Below are positions 1 through 10,399 of a stretch of DNA of 64,000 nucleotides, one piece after another (positions within the stretch are counted from its first letter, which is position 1; each line of letters opens with the position of its first letter). The notes beneath the pieces were generated by a model, which saw only the letters and a program-made list of their open reading frames with translations, had not been told where the DNA came from and did no database searches. This stretch comes from Candidatus Latescibacterota bacterium (GTDB lineage Bacteria > Latescibacterota > UBA2968 > UBA8231). Position numbers and translations under genes: made by a program. The DNA lies in assembly GCA_965261395.1 (NCBI GenBank), contig OZ253462.1, forward strand, positions 6,485,485-6,549,484. The letters run 5' to 3'.

Positions 1-333
1 TATCAAGCCTTTACCCGGCTGGCGCTAGACGAGTACTTCGCCCCTTATGCCATCGGCTATGCGGGCAATACCTTCCTTCCGTTCCGCGAGCGGCGCGACC
101 TGCTGCTCCGCACCTTGTACCCAGAAGACGAGATGATCTTCAGCGGCCAAGAGCGAGAAGGCTTCATCGCCTTTGCCACGTTGGCTAACGATGTCGAGGG
201 GTTTGAAGTGCGGATCCCGGAGATGGTGTTGCGCTTCGACTACCGAGACCAGCCGGTGGAAACCATAGACATCGCCTACTCATTTACGCGCGAAGTGTAC
301 TTGGCCAAGCACCGCCGCGTCGAGGAACTCTAA
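1..333 (+). CDS. hypothetical protein, 5'-truncated by window edge
   Basis: Frame 1 is open from base 1 (YQAFTRLALDEYFAPY...) to TAA at 331-333, directly abutting the next ATG at 334. Confidence 0.7.
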   Translation, partial: YQAFTRLALDEYFAPYAIGYAGNTFLPFRERRDLLLRTLYPEDEMIFSGQEREGFIAFATLANDVEGFEVRIPEMVLRFDYRDQPVETIDIAYSFTREVYLAKHRRVEEL

Positions 334-2001
334 ATGCTCATGCGGGCCGTTGTGGGAGTCGCACTCGCGTCGCTGTGGTGGAGTGGCTGCGGGCCGAAAG
401 TGGATGGCGACGTGGTCGCCAAGGTAGGCGACGAAGAGATCAAACTCGCAGCATTGCGCCAGTTCCGCGAAGAGTCCACCGCCAACTACCGCGACCCCGA
501 AGAGAGGCAGGCGTGGCGCTTCTACTTGCAGACGATGATCGACATGAAGCTGATGCTCATCGAGGCGCGGGAGCGGCGGCTGGATCAGACCGTGGAGTTC
601 ATGCGCCAATGGGAGCGGGAACGGCGCAAGAAACTGGTTGATGAGTACGCCGTGCGCACCATCCTCGCGGATGTAGATCTCGCAGTAGAAGGCATGCGTC
701 AGGGTTTTGCGACGAGCAAGTGGAATCGGATGCTGCGCTTGGCCCATATCCGCACCGCCAGCGCGGCAGAAGCCCAAAAGGCCATGCGCGACTTGGAGCA
801 GGGGCGAGATTTTGCCGAGGTCGCCCGCGGGCGTTCTATAGCGCCGACAGCCGCCCACGGCGGGGTACTCGATACTTGGTACGGGCGCGGCAACTTGGAG
901 GAGGTGGGCCTGCCCATAGAAGTGGGGGAGCAGGTATTCGACCTACAGGTTGGGGACTTGAGCCAGCCCTTACTCGTGGGGGAACACTACGAGATTTTCA
1001 AGGTGCTGTCCCAAGGTCCGGCACCTGAACACTACCGAGCAGCCTTCTTGCGCGAGCAGTACTGGAAGGAGTTTCGCACCCGCTGGCAGGAGCTGACCGC
1101 ACAGCTCAAAGACCGACTAAACGCACAGCTAGATGGCGAGGCGATCCGGTTGCTGGTCGATAGGATGGCCGAATCCGACAGCCGGGGGATGCTGTTGAGT
1201 CCCGAAGAGCAGGAAGTGATCCTCTGCCGCTTCAAGGGCGGGCAGGTAACGCTGCGGGATTTCGCCGAAACCTATAACGCCTATTGGTTCATCCGCTCGG
1301 TCTCCTTCGACAGCAGCGGGATTTCCGAGTTCGTCCACCGGGACCTCTTGCCGCGGACCCTCGTCTATCAAGCGGCGTTGCAGGAAGGTCTGGACCAGGA
1401 TTCGACCATAGCTGCCTGGTTGCAGGACAAGAAAAAATCACTGCTGCTCGAAGCCCTTCGCAGAGAGGACGTCGTGCAGCGGACCGAAGTCGATAGCGCC
1501 ATGGCCCGCCAGTATTACGACGACCATCCGCAAATGTTCATGGAACTGGAAGAGATTCGGGTGGCGGAGGTGCTGGTGGCGAGTCGCACCGAGGCGGAAC
1601 AACTCTTGCAGCGGATCCGCGCTGGCGAACGCCTAGAAACGCTGGCCACCCACCACACGCTCCGCACAGATGCCGAAGGTGGGCAATACCACATCCACAA
1701 TCACCCCTCCGAGCGGCGAGTTTTCGGTGCCCTTTACGACTCGGTGGTCGTCGCGCCGGTGGGGGTGCTCACCGGCCCGGTGGCCCTCGACGAGGGCTAT
1801 TCGATCTTCGAGGTGCGGGAGCGTATTCCCCCTCGTCCGACGCCTTTTGAACAAGCAGCTTCGCGGGCGAAGTGGTGGGTGCAGAAGCAGCAAGAAAAGA
1901 CTCTCTTCGACGCCTTGTTCACCCGGCTCAGGGATCAGTACGCCGATAAGGTTGTGGTGTTTGAAGAGCAATTGGGCAAACTAGAAGCCAGCCCCCACTA
2001 G
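334..2001 (+). CDS. PpiC/parvulin-type peptidyl-prolyl isomerase (SurA/PrsA-like) lipoprotein, two PPIase domains
   Basis: Lipobox-like WSGC; RLAHI...FAEVARGRS...GG and IRVAEVLV...GPV...GYSIFEV parvulin-like segments. Confidence 0.75.
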   Translation: MLMRAVVGVALASLWWSGCGPKVDGDVVAKVGDEEIKLAALRQFREESTANYRDPEERQAWRFYLQTMIDMKLMLIEARERRLDQTVEFMRQWERERRKKLVDEYAVRTILADVDLAVEGMRQGFATSKWNRMLRLAHIRTASAAEAQKAMRDLEQGRDFAEVARGRSIAPTAAHGGVLDTWYGRGNLEEVGLPIEVGEQVFDLQVGDLSQPLLVGEHYEIFKVLSQGPAPEHYRAAFLREQYWKEFRTRWQELTAQLKDRLNAQLDGEAIRLLVDRMAESDSRGMLLSPEEQEVILCRFKGGQVTLRDFAETYNAYWFIRSVSFDSSGISEFVHRDLLPRTLVYQAALQEGLDQDSTIAAWLQDKKKSLLLEALRREDVVQRTEVDSAMARQYYDDHPQMFMELEEIRVAEVLVASRTEAEQLLQRIRAGERLETLATHHTLRTDAEGGQYHIHNHPSERRVFGALYDSVVVAPVGVLTGPVALDEGYSIFEVRERIPPRPTPFEQAASRAKWWVQKQQEKTLFDALFTRLRDQYADKVVVFEEQLGKLEASPH

Positions 2002-2064
2002 CCCATGCCATCACTCGTCGGGGCAACCCACACTCACCTCAACTTCTCCGCCTCCTACTAGTCC

Positions 2065-3708
2065 GTGGTCGCGGTTTTGTCTTTGTGGACGCTGCTCGTC
2101 GTGGGCGGCGCGGGATGCGGACCAGCGGACATAGAGACCGGACCGGCGTTTGTAGAGGTGGCACAGGAGGCGGGCATTGAATTCCACCATCAGAATGGGG
2201 CGAGTGGGCGCTACTACTATGTGGAAACCTATGGGTCGGGCGCGGCCTTCCTCGACTACGACAACGACGGCTATCCCGACCTCTATGTGGTCAACAGCGC
2301 GCCGCTGCCCGGCTCTACCGCCGAGGTCGTCCCGACCAACGCGCTGTACCGCAACCTCGGCAACGGCGCGTTCGCAGATGCTACGGCGCGCACCCAAACA
2401 GGCGACCCAAGTTACGGCATGGGCACCTGTGCTGGGGACGTAGATAACGATGGGCACGTGGATCTATACGTGACCAACTTTGGCCCCAACGTCCTCTATC
2501 GCAATCAGGGCGACGGCACCTTTGCCGATCAAACCGCCGACGCCGGGGTCGGCGACCCCCGCCTGAGCACTAGCGCGGCGTTTGCCGACATCGACAACGA
2601 CGGCGATCTGGACCTCTATGTGGCCAACAACGTCTCCGTTGACCTAGCGCATGACGAAGGGTGCCGCCAAGGGGCAATCCCGGTCTATTGCGCTCCCACT
2701 CAGTACAAAGGAGAATCCGGTGTCCTCTTCCGCAACGATCGGGGCGGGAAGTTCGCCGACATTACCCGGCCAGCCGGCGTGTACAGCGAAGCCGGTCGCC
2801 AGTTGGGCGTCGTCTTTGGTGACTACGACGGCGACGGTGACGCGGACCTGTATGTGGCCAACGACATGAAGGCCAATTTCCTCTTCCGCAACGACGGCGC
2901 GGCGCGGTTCGCCGAAGTGGGATTGAGCGCGGGGGTGGCGCTCAGCGAGAGCGCTCGCCCCGAGGCCGGCATGGGCACGGACTTTGGCGACTGCGACCGG
3001 GACGGCGACTTGGATATCGTGGTCTGCAACTTCCAGTGGGAAAGCTGCCGCCTCTATCGCAACGAGGGCGACGGTGCATTTGCCGACCTGAGCTTTCCGT
3101 CGGGGTTGGGCGAGCCTACGCTTTCGACCTTGACTTTTGGCACGGATTTTTTCGACTACGACAACGACGGCGACCTAGATCTCTATCTGGCCAATGGCCA
3201 CGTCCATCCAGAAGTCCAGGCGTTCGACCAAGCCGCGTCCTATCCGCAATCGGACCAGCTCTTTGCCAACGACGGGACCGGACGGTTTGCCCTGGTGCAG
3301 GCTACGACCCTGCGCGGAGTCGGCCGGGGTGCGGCCTTTGCCGACTACGACAACGACGGCGATTTGGATGCTTTTGTCTCCAATAACAACCAGCGAGCGT
3401 TTTTGCTGCGCAACGACCGCGGCCAGCGCAACCACTGGATCGCATTTAAGACCATAGGCCGAGTTAGCAATCGGGACGGGATCGGGGCGGTGATCCGGGT
3501 AGTAAGCGGCGATTTGGTGCAGATCGAGGAGGTGCGCAGCGGCAGCAGCTATCTTTCGCAAAACGATCTACGGGTGTACTTCGGCTTGGGCCAGCGGGAA
3601 CAGGTGGATCGCGTCCAGATCCGCTGGCCCAGCGGGATCGTGCAGACGCTCGTAGAATTGCCCATTGACCAGATCCACCAAGTGGAAGAACCGCCTTCCT
3701 CCGGCTGA
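2065..3708 (+). CDS. CRTAC1-family FG-GAP repeat / ASPIC-UnbV protein
   Basis: Repeated DYDNDGxxDLYV Ca-binding motifs; C-terminal SNRDGIGA...GSSYLSQ...YFGLG...IRWPSG. Confidence 0.9.
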   Translation: MVAVLSLWTLLVVGGAGCGPADIETGPAFVEVAQEAGIEFHHQNGASGRYYYVETYGSGAAFLDYDNDGYPDLYVVNSAPLPGSTAEVVPTNALYRNLGNGAFADATARTQTGDPSYGMGTCAGDVDNDGHVDLYVTNFGPNVLYRNQGDGTFADQTADAGVGDPRLSTSAAFADIDNDGDLDLYVANNVSVDLAHDEGCRQGAIPVYCAPTQYKGESGVLFRNDRGGKFADITRPAGVYSEAGRQLGVVFGDYDGDGDADLYVANDMKANFLFRNDGAARFAEVGLSAGVALSESARPEAGMGTDFGDCDRDGDLDIVVCNFQWESCRLYRNEGDGAFADLSFPSGLGEPTLSTLTFGTDFFDYDNDGDLDLYLANGHVHPEVQAFDQAASYPQSDQLFANDGTGRFALVQATTLRGVGRGAAFADYDNDGDLDAFVSNNNQRAFLLRNDRGQRNHWIAFKTIGRVSNRDGIGAVIRVVSGDLVQIEEVRSGSSYLSQNDLRVYFGLGQREQVDRVQIRWPSGIVQTLVELPIDQIHQVEEPPSSG

Positions 3709-3710
3709 AC

Positions 3711-5237
3711 ATGAGCAACCAGTGGAAAAGGACCAGAACGCGCTGCTGGGCCATTTTCTGCCTGCTAGCCCTGCTCGATGGGTGCACGCCCGCCGAAGAG
3801 AGCCTAGGTGAGCGGGAGGTCCGCTATCAGCGTCAAATCGCGGAAGACCCGACAGACGCCGATGCCCATTACGCGCTCGGCCAAGTGTACCACGAACAGG
3901 CGCACTACCCTGAGGCCCTACAGTCCTTTCGCCAAGCCCAAGCGCTGGATTCCACCCACACCGGAGCGCAGGTGGGGATCGGCAACATCCTGTTTAAGAG
4001 AGGCGAATTAGATCGAGCCGCAAACGCATACCAACAGGCCGCGCAGGGATGTGCCGATTGTGCGGACGCGCACCGGGGGCTGGGGGCTGTCTATCTGCGG
4101 CAGCGGCGCTTGGCGGAATCCCGCCAAGCCTACCAGCAGGCGCTTTTAAGCGAGCCGGATCACGCCCCCTCGCACTACAATATCGGCGCGGCCTTTGCTC
4201 AAGAAGGCGTGTATCAAGAGGCGGCGGCGGCGATGGAACAAGCCATTGCCAGCGACTCTAAATACATCCTAGCGCACACCGCGTTGGGAGATGTGTACTG
4301 TCTCAAGCTGGGGCAGTGCGAAAAGGCCGCGGCGATCCTTGAGCAGGCCGTGAACTTGCAACCAACAGCGGTCGCCCCCCGGATCGGCTTGGGGCGGACA
4401 CACCTTCGCCTAGGGAAATACGAGGCGGCGGCGGCGAGCTTTGAGGCGGCTGTTGCAGCGGATTCGACGGCCGCGGCGGCATTTAACTGGCTCGGGGTAG
4501 CCCACACCAAGCTGGGGCAATACGAGCCGGCGGCCCAAGCCCTGCGCCGCGCCATTCACTTGGATATGCTCTACCCCCAAGCCTATTACAACCTATCCCA
4601 GACCTACCAGAAACAAGGCAAGGCCAAGGAGAGCGAAGCGGCTTTGCACGCCTTCAACCGCATTGATGCGTACTCTGGAGACATTCTCCGGTGGAAAACA
4701 ATACTGGACGGCAATCCGCACGATGCTATGGCACTCTTTGAACTGGGCCGGATCTATGCGAGACTGGGCGTAGCAAGCGAAGCGGCCGCGGCCTTCCAGC
4801 GCGCGCTGACGATCAACCCCGCCCATGCGCCGGCTTGGCACAATCTGGGCAATGCCTACGCTCGCCTCGACCGCTTGGACGAAGCCATCGCCGCCTACCG
4901 CAAGGCGCTGGCACTGGACGAAGGGTACGCCCTTGCTTGGTACAACCTCGGCAACGCCCATTTTGCCAAGGGGGAACTGGCTCAAGCCCGCAAGGCATTC
5001 ACTGCGGCGCTCGATCACCGAGAAGGGTACGCGGACGCCTACCACGGCCTCGGGGGGGTGGCGCTGCGCGCAGGAGCGGCCGAGGAGGCGGTTGACCACT
5101 TTCGCACGGTCCTAGCGGCGGACTCAAGCTATGCCCGCGCCCATTACGGCTTGGCCTTGGCCTACCGGGCGCTCGGCGACTCTCTGCGCGCCGTGCAGGC
5201 ACTGGCACACTTCAAGCGGCTGCGCGATGGGCCGTAA
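3711..5237 (+). CDS. tetratricopeptide-repeat lipoprotein
   Basis: Many TPR units (AHYALG, AWHNLGNAY, AWYNLGNAH); LLDGC lipobox-like signal. Confidence 0.9.
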   Translation: MSNQWKRTRTRCWAIFCLLALLDGCTPAEESLGEREVRYQRQIAEDPTDADAHYALGQVYHEQAHYPEALQSFRQAQALDSTHTGAQVGIGNILFKRGELDRAANAYQQAAQGCADCADAHRGLGAVYLRQRRLAESRQAYQQALLSEPDHAPSHYNIGAAFAQEGVYQEAAAAMEQAIASDSKYILAHTALGDVYCLKLGQCEKAAAILEQAVNLQPTAVAPRIGLGRTHLRLGKYEAAAASFEAAVAADSTAAAAFNWLGVAHTKLGQYEPAAQALRRAIHLDMLYPQAYYNLSQTYQKQGKAKESEAALHAFNRIDAYSGDILRWKTILDGNPHDAMALFELGRIYARLGVASEAAAAFQRALTINPAHAPAWHNLGNAYARLDRLDEAIAAYRKALALDEGYALAWYNLGNAHFAKGELAQARKAFTAALDHREGYADAYHGLGGVALRAGAAEEAVDHFRTVLAADSSYARAHYGLALAYRALGDSLRAVQALAHFKRLRDGP

Positions 5238-5238
5238 C

Positions 5239-7407
5239 ATGCGGTCTATGCTGGGCCTAGCTCTCGTCGCGCTATCTTGCGCCACAGAGCCGTCGATGCC
5301 CTACCAAGCCCCTAGCACAAAGCGCATGGCCGCCCGCCTAGCGGAGATCGCGCAGAATCTGAACCCCGCCATTAATACCTATATCAACGCGGCGCGGGTA
5401 GAATACCTCAAGACCTTGCCGCAGCCGCCTGATACCGCTGGCCGCCTGCGCGCCAGGGCCTATCTGGCGCGGGAACTGTTGCGCGCTGGCCAGAGCCAAG
5501 CCGCCATCGCCGAGTTCGAAAAACTCCAGCCACAGCTACAACAAGTCGATCTCAGACTGACCCCAGACGTGCGCGTCCTGCTGGGGTTATCCCATATGCG
5601 CCTCGGGGAGCAGGAAAACTGTCTCGCTCGGCACGCGACGGCCTCGTGTCTTTTGCCGATTGGCAGCGACGGAGTCCACACCATTGAGCGGGGGTCGCGG
5701 GCGGCGCGGGCGGAATTCGCCGCGTATTTGGCAGATCACCCAGACGACCTCACCGTCCGCTGGCTTTTGAATATCGCCTACATGACCTTGGGCATGTACC
5801 CCGAGCAGGTGCCAGCGCAGTGGCTCGTTCCGCCCGAGGTTTTTGACTCCGACTACGATATCAAGCGTTTCGCCGATGTGGCACCGGCGCTGGGCCTAGA
5901 TTTGGTCTCCATGGCCGGCGGCAGCATCATGGACGACTTCGACGGCGACGGCCATCTGGATATCATGGCCTCGTCTTGGGGCCTCAGCGACCAACTCCGC
6001 TATTTTGCCAACCTCGGCACTGGGACCTTTGCCGAACGGACCGCGGTGGCCGGCCTGACCGGGATCGTCGGCGGATTGCAGATTGTACACGCCGACTACG
6101 ATAACAACGGCTATGCGGATGTGTTGGTTTTGCGCGGGGGCTGGTGGGAAGACGACGGCCTGCATCCCAACTCGCTATTGCACAACAACGGCAATGGGAC
6201 CTTTGCCGACGTCACCGAGCAGGTCGGCCTGCTCACCTTCCACCCGACGCAGACAGCCGCTTGGGGGGACTACGACAACGACGGCTGGTTGGACCTTTTC
6301 GTTGGCAACGAGTCGTATGGAGGCCGGATCCATCGGTGTGAACTCTTCCACAGCAACGGGCAGGCAGAGGATTTGCAGTTTGCCGAGGTGGGCGAGGCAA
6401 CCGGGGTCGCCGTCGTCGGCTATGTAAAAGGGACCGCTTGGGGCGATTACGACAACGACGGCCTAATTGACCTGTACGTCTCGCGGCTCACCGGCACCAA
6501 TTTCCTCTTTGCCAACGACGGTGCCAACGAGTTCGGCGGGTGGACCTTCACCGACAAGAGCAAGGAAGCAGGCGTTATCGAACCACTAGGCAGCTTCCCG
6601 GCTTGGTTCTGGGACTACGACAACGACGGCTGGCTGGACCTTTTCGTCTCGGGGTACCACTACGAGGCCAACGCCGGCGATGTGGCCGCCGACTATCTGG
6701 GGCTGGCGACCGCGGCCGAGCGTCCCCGCCTGTACCGCAACAATGGCGATGGGACCTTTGCCGAGCGCAGCGCAGAAGCGGGCGTTGGCAAGGTGCTCTA
6801 TACGATGGGTTGCGATTTCGGCGACCTCGACAACGACGGTTGGCTGGATTTTTATGCTGGCACGGGGTCGCCTTCGCTGCGCTCAGTCATGCCCAACCGC
6901 ATGTTCCGCAATACCGACGGGCACTTCTTCGAGGACGTTACCACCTCCGGCGGCTTCGGCCATCTGCAAAAAGGGCACGGCGTGGCCTTTGGTGACTACG
7001 ACAACGACGGCGATCAGGATATCTATGCGGTCCTGGGCGGGGCCTATACCGGGGACGTGTTCCAGAATGTCCTCTTTGAAAATCCCGGGCACGGCAATCA
7101 CTGGATCGCGCTCCTGTTGGAAGGGGTACAATCCAACCGCGCCGCCTTGGGAGCGCGCATCAGGGTCCAAGTCTCGACCGCGGAGGGACCGAGGAACATC
7201 TACGCCACCGTTGGCACGGGTGCCAGCTTCGGGGGATCGAGTCTGCAACAGGAGATCGGCCTAGGACAGGCCACGGCCATCGAAGCCGTCGAAGTTACTT
7301 GGCCGGCCACGGGCGCGCAGCAACTGTTTACCAACCTCGAAATGGATCAGTACTACGGCATCCGCGAAGGCGACCGGACGCTGGTCCGGCTCGATCGACG
7401 TCGCTAG
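5239..7407 (+). CDS. CRTAC1-family FG-GAP / ASPIC-UnbV protein with N-terminal helical domain
   Basis: DYDNDGWLDLFV repeats; SNRAALGARI...GASFGG...EIGLG; start moved to ATG 5239 (MRSMLGLALVALSC, lipobox) just after the upstream stop. Confidence 0.88.
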   Translation: MRSMLGLALVALSCATEPSMPYQAPSTKRMAARLAEIAQNLNPAINTYINAARVEYLKTLPQPPDTAGRLRARAYLARELLRAGQSQAAIAEFEKLQPQLQQVDLRLTPDVRVLLGLSHMRLGEQENCLARHATASCLLPIGSDGVHTIERGSRAARAEFAAYLADHPDDLTVRWLLNIAYMTLGMYPEQVPAQWLVPPEVFDSDYDIKRFADVAPALGLDLVSMAGGSIMDDFDGDGHLDIMASSWGLSDQLRYFANLGTGTFAERTAVAGLTGIVGGLQIVHADYDNNGYADVLVLRGGWWEDDGLHPNSLLHNNGNGTFADVTEQVGLLTFHPTQTAAWGDYDNDGWLDLFVGNESYGGRIHRCELFHSNGQAEDLQFAEVGEATGVAVVGYVKGTAWGDYDNDGLIDLYVSRLTGTNFLFANDGANEFGGWTFTDKSKEAGVIEPLGSFPAWFWDYDNDGWLDLFVSGYHYEANAGDVAADYLGLATAAERPRLYRNNGDGTFAERSAEAGVGKVLYTMGCDFGDLDNDGWLDFYAGTGSPSLRSVMPNRMFRNTDGHFFEDVTTSGGFGHLQKGHGVAFGDYDNDGDQDIYAVLGGAYTGDVFQNVLFENPGHGNHWIALLLEGVQSNRAALGARIRVQVSTAEGPRNIYATVGTGASFGGSSLQQEIGLGQATAIEAVEVTWPATGAQQLFTNLEMDQYYGIREGDRTLVRLDRRR

Positions 7408-7511
7408 CCATGCATTCCTGCGGTGGGAAATTGCGCTGACGGCGACCCGCACGACTCAACTGTCCGTTTTGGGCTAGGCCGTATCTTTCCAAACTAGGCC
7501 GCCGCGAAATT

Positions 7512-8987
7512 TCACCCTCGCCAGTCCTTCTCCAGCCGGCTCGCCTGTTTCTTAGACAGCCCACCCAACGCCTTCATAGCATCTAACAGCCGCATCCGCG
7601 TCAATTCTGGTCCCAAGAGCGCGGCGGATTCAAAAAGCGGCGGCCCCACCCGCTCGCCAGTCAGCGCGACAATGAGCGGTACGGTCACGTCGCGCACCGG
7701 CCACTCCCAATGCGTGGCTACTCGGCGCACGGCCTCGGCCACGTCGTCTTTGTCCCACTCCACCACCTCATCCAAGGCCCATACGGCTGTTTGCAACATT
7801 CGCGCCACCTCCGCGGCCTCCCGCTTCTTCGGGATTAAATCCTCGGCCTTTGGCTCCACCTGCCGGGCGAAGAAAAACGCCACGCGCGGCACAAAATCCC
7901 CTAGCGTCTCTAGCCGCTGCTGCATAAACGGCAGCATCTGCCCGACGTATTCGTCGTTGAGCAGCCAGTCCTTTAGCTCCGCCAACAGGGCTTCCGGCGT
8001 CCGATCTTCGCGCAAATAGCGTCCATTGAGCCAGCCCAGCTTGTCTATATCAAAGATGGAGCCGCCCAAGTTGATCTTCGCCGGGTCGAAATGCTCTGTT
8101 AGTTGCTCCAAAGTGAACTTTTCTTCTCCGATCGGCGGATGGGCCATGAGCGCCAAGTAGTTGAGCAGGGCCGGCGGCACGTAGCCGGCGCGGCGATAGT
8201 ATTCCACTGAGGTCGGATTCCGCCGCTTCGACATCTTGGAACCATCGGGATTGAGCAACAATGGCAGGTGCATGTACGTCGGCGGCGTCCAGCCAAAAGC
8301 CTCGTAGAGCATGAGGTGCTTGGGCGTGGAGGTGATCCACTCCTCCCCCCGAATCACGTGGCTGATCCGCATCAGGTGATCGTCCACCACTACGGCCAAG
8401 TGGTAGGTCGGAAAGCCATCGGACTTCATCAGCACTTGGTCGTCCATATTCCCCCACTGTAGGGAAATTGGTCCCCGGAGCATGTCTTCGACGACACATA
8501 CTCCTTCCTGCGGCATTTCCAGCCGAATCACGTGCACACATCCTGCCCGCATCTTGGTCTCGACCTCGCTGGCAGCCAGCGCCCGGCAATGTCCATCGTA
8601 GCCGATATGCTCCTTGCGCTCCTGCTGCTCCGCCCGCAGCGCGGCCAGCCGCTCGCTCGTGCAAAAGCAGGGATAGGCGTGCCCGCTGGCGACCAACTTC
8701 GCGGCGTATTCCGCGTAGATGGCTAAACGCTCACTCTGCCGATACGGACCGTAGGGGCCGCCCACATCGGGGCCCTCGTCCCACGCCAGCCCCAGCCACC
8801 GCAGCGACTGCATGAGTTGATCTTCGTACTTCTTTTCCGACCGCGCTTGGTCAGTGTCCTCAATGCGCAGCACAAACTGCCCTTCGTTTTGCCGCGCCCA
8901 CACCCAGTCGAATAGCGCTTGGTACGCGGTCCCTACATGCATGGGGCCGGTCGGCGAAGGTGCGATGCGCACCCGCACGTCTGTCAT
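7512..8987 (-). CDS. gltX: glutamate--tRNA ligase
   Basis: RVRIAPSPTGPMHVG (HIGH-like), LRIEDTD, GPYRQSER, KMSKR. Confidence 0.96.
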   Translation of the reverse strand: MTDVRVRIAPSPTGPMHVGTAYQALFDWVWARQNEGQFVLRIEDTDQARSEKKYEDQLMQSLRWLGLAWDEGPDVGGPYGPYRQSERLAIYAEYAAKLVASGHAYPCFCTSERLAALRAEQQERKEHIGYDGHCRALAASEVETKMRAGCVHVIRLEMPQEGVCVVEDMLRGPISLQWGNMDDQVLMKSDGFPTYHLAVVVDDHLMRISHVIRGEEWITSTPKHLMLYEAFGWTPPTYMHLPLLLNPDGSKMSKRRNPTSVEYYRRAGYVPPALLNYLALMAHPPIGEEKFTLEQLTEHFDPAKINLGGSIFDIDKLGWLNGRYLREDRTPEALLAELKDWLLNDEYVGQMLPFMQQRLETLGDFVPRVAFFFARQVEPKAEDLIPKKREAAEVARMLQTAVWALDEVVEWDKDDVAEAVRRVATHWEWPVRDVTVPLIVALTGERVGPPLFESAALLGPELTRMRLLDAMKALGGLSKKQASRLEKDWRG

Positions 8988-9157
8988 CTTTTATCTCCTC
9001 GTCTTTTGGGTTAGAAATTAAGCCCCAGCCGCTCCCGCGCAACGCGGCCTATTGCACATTTAGCTTTTTTGCCTAAGTTTATAACTTATAACAATTAACG
9101 CACATTCGCTGACATCTCGCGTCACGCATCCCCCCTACAACTCAATAGACAGGATTT

Positions 9158-10357
9158 ATGCAGTTTACCGAGCTTGACCTAGCCCCCTACATCCTCAGAG
9201 CACTCGACGAGATGGGCTACGAAGAAATGACGCCCATCCAAGAACAAACCATTCCCCACATTATCGCCGACAAAGACGTCATGGGCCTAGCTGAAACCGG
9301 CTCTGGCAAAACCGGTGCCTGCGCCATTCCTATAATCCAAGCCACAGACGAGTCGCTCAACGCCATCCAAGCCCTCATCTTGGTCCCCACCCGCGAACTG
9401 GCACTCCAATACGTCCAAGAGGTGGACGAAATCGCCAAGCACTCAGGCGTGGTGCCGTTTGCCATCTACGGCGGCTTTGACATGGATATCCAAAAGGCCA
9501 AGATCAACCACGGCGTCCACGTACTCGTGGCCACTCCCGGCCGCCTCATCGACTTTATATGGAACCACAGCCTCGACCTGACCCACGTCAAAACCGTGGT
9601 TCTCGACGAGGCCGACGAGATGCTCAAGATGGGCTTTATCGAAGACGTGGACTTTATCATGGACTGCATCATGCAGGAATACCAAACCTTGCTCTTTTCC
9701 GCTACCATGCCCTCGGAGATAGAGCGGCTAACCCAACAATACCTCAAATCGCCCGAGCGCGTTCATCTCAACCGCGACCAGCGGGCACCCCAATCGCTCG
9801 CCCATCACTTCCTCCACGTCTCCCGCCGCCGCAGTGACGCGCTCGTCGATTACATCGAGGACCAAGAGATCCAACAGGGCATCATATTCTGCAACTCGCG
9901 CGACAAAGCATCCGACTTGTTCCGCGACCTACAAAGGCGCGTCCGCTCGGTTGACATCATCCACGGCGGGCTAGACCAAGAGCGACGCACCTCCATCTTC
10001 CGCCGTTTCCGCCAGAAGAAGATCCGCTTTATGGTCGCCACAGACGTGGCCGGGCGCGGCCTCGATTTTTCGCACGTCACCCACGTCATCAACTACGATT
10101 TCCCCTTTAACGCCGACATCTACACCCACCGCACGGGCCGGGCCGGACGCATGGGCCGGGTGGGCAAGGCTCTGACCTTGGTCGGAGACCACGACCTCCG
10201 CGACCTCAAGCGCCTGCTCAACGCCAACCCCATCCACGCGCATTGGGAAGGCACTGCGCCCGATTTGGACGACATCCGCGCCAAACGCAATGGCCAAGGA
10301 CGCGGGCGCGGGCGGAGACGACCCCGAGGCGGCAGAACCTCCTCCAAAACCAGTTAG
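9158..10357 (+). CDS. DEAD-box ATP-dependent RNA helicase
   Basis: Q-motif TPIQ, GSGKT, PTRELA, LDEAD, SAT, HRTGRAGR; basic Gly/Arg tail. Confidence 0.95.
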   Translation: MQFTELDLAPYILRALDEMGYEEMTPIQEQTIPHIIADKDVMGLAETGSGKTGACAIPIIQATDESLNAIQALILVPTRELALQYVQEVDEIAKHSGVVPFAIYGGFDMDIQKAKINHGVHVLVATPGRLIDFIWNHSLDLTHVKTVVLDEADEMLKMGFIEDVDFIMDCIMQEYQTLLFSATMPSEIERLTQQYLKSPERVHLNRDQRAPQSLAHHFLHVSRRRSDALVDYIEDQEIQQGIIFCNSRDKASDLFRDLQRRVRSVDIIHGGLDQERRTSIFRRFRQKKIRFMVATDVAGRGLDFSHVTHVINYDFPFNADIYTHRTGRAGRMGRVGKALTLVGDHDLRDLKRLLNANPIHAHWEGTAPDLDDIRAKRNGQGRGRGRRRPRGGRTSSKTS

Positions 10358-10399
10358 GCGCTCCTCGCAACTCAGCCCAGCTATCTATGGGCCGTTTAC

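Noticed and set aside
2065-7407. Recurrent gactacgacaacgacggc sequences as a CRISPR-like or DNA repeat array
   Set aside because: They encode FG-GAP DYDNDG protein motifs with irregular spacing inside ORFs.
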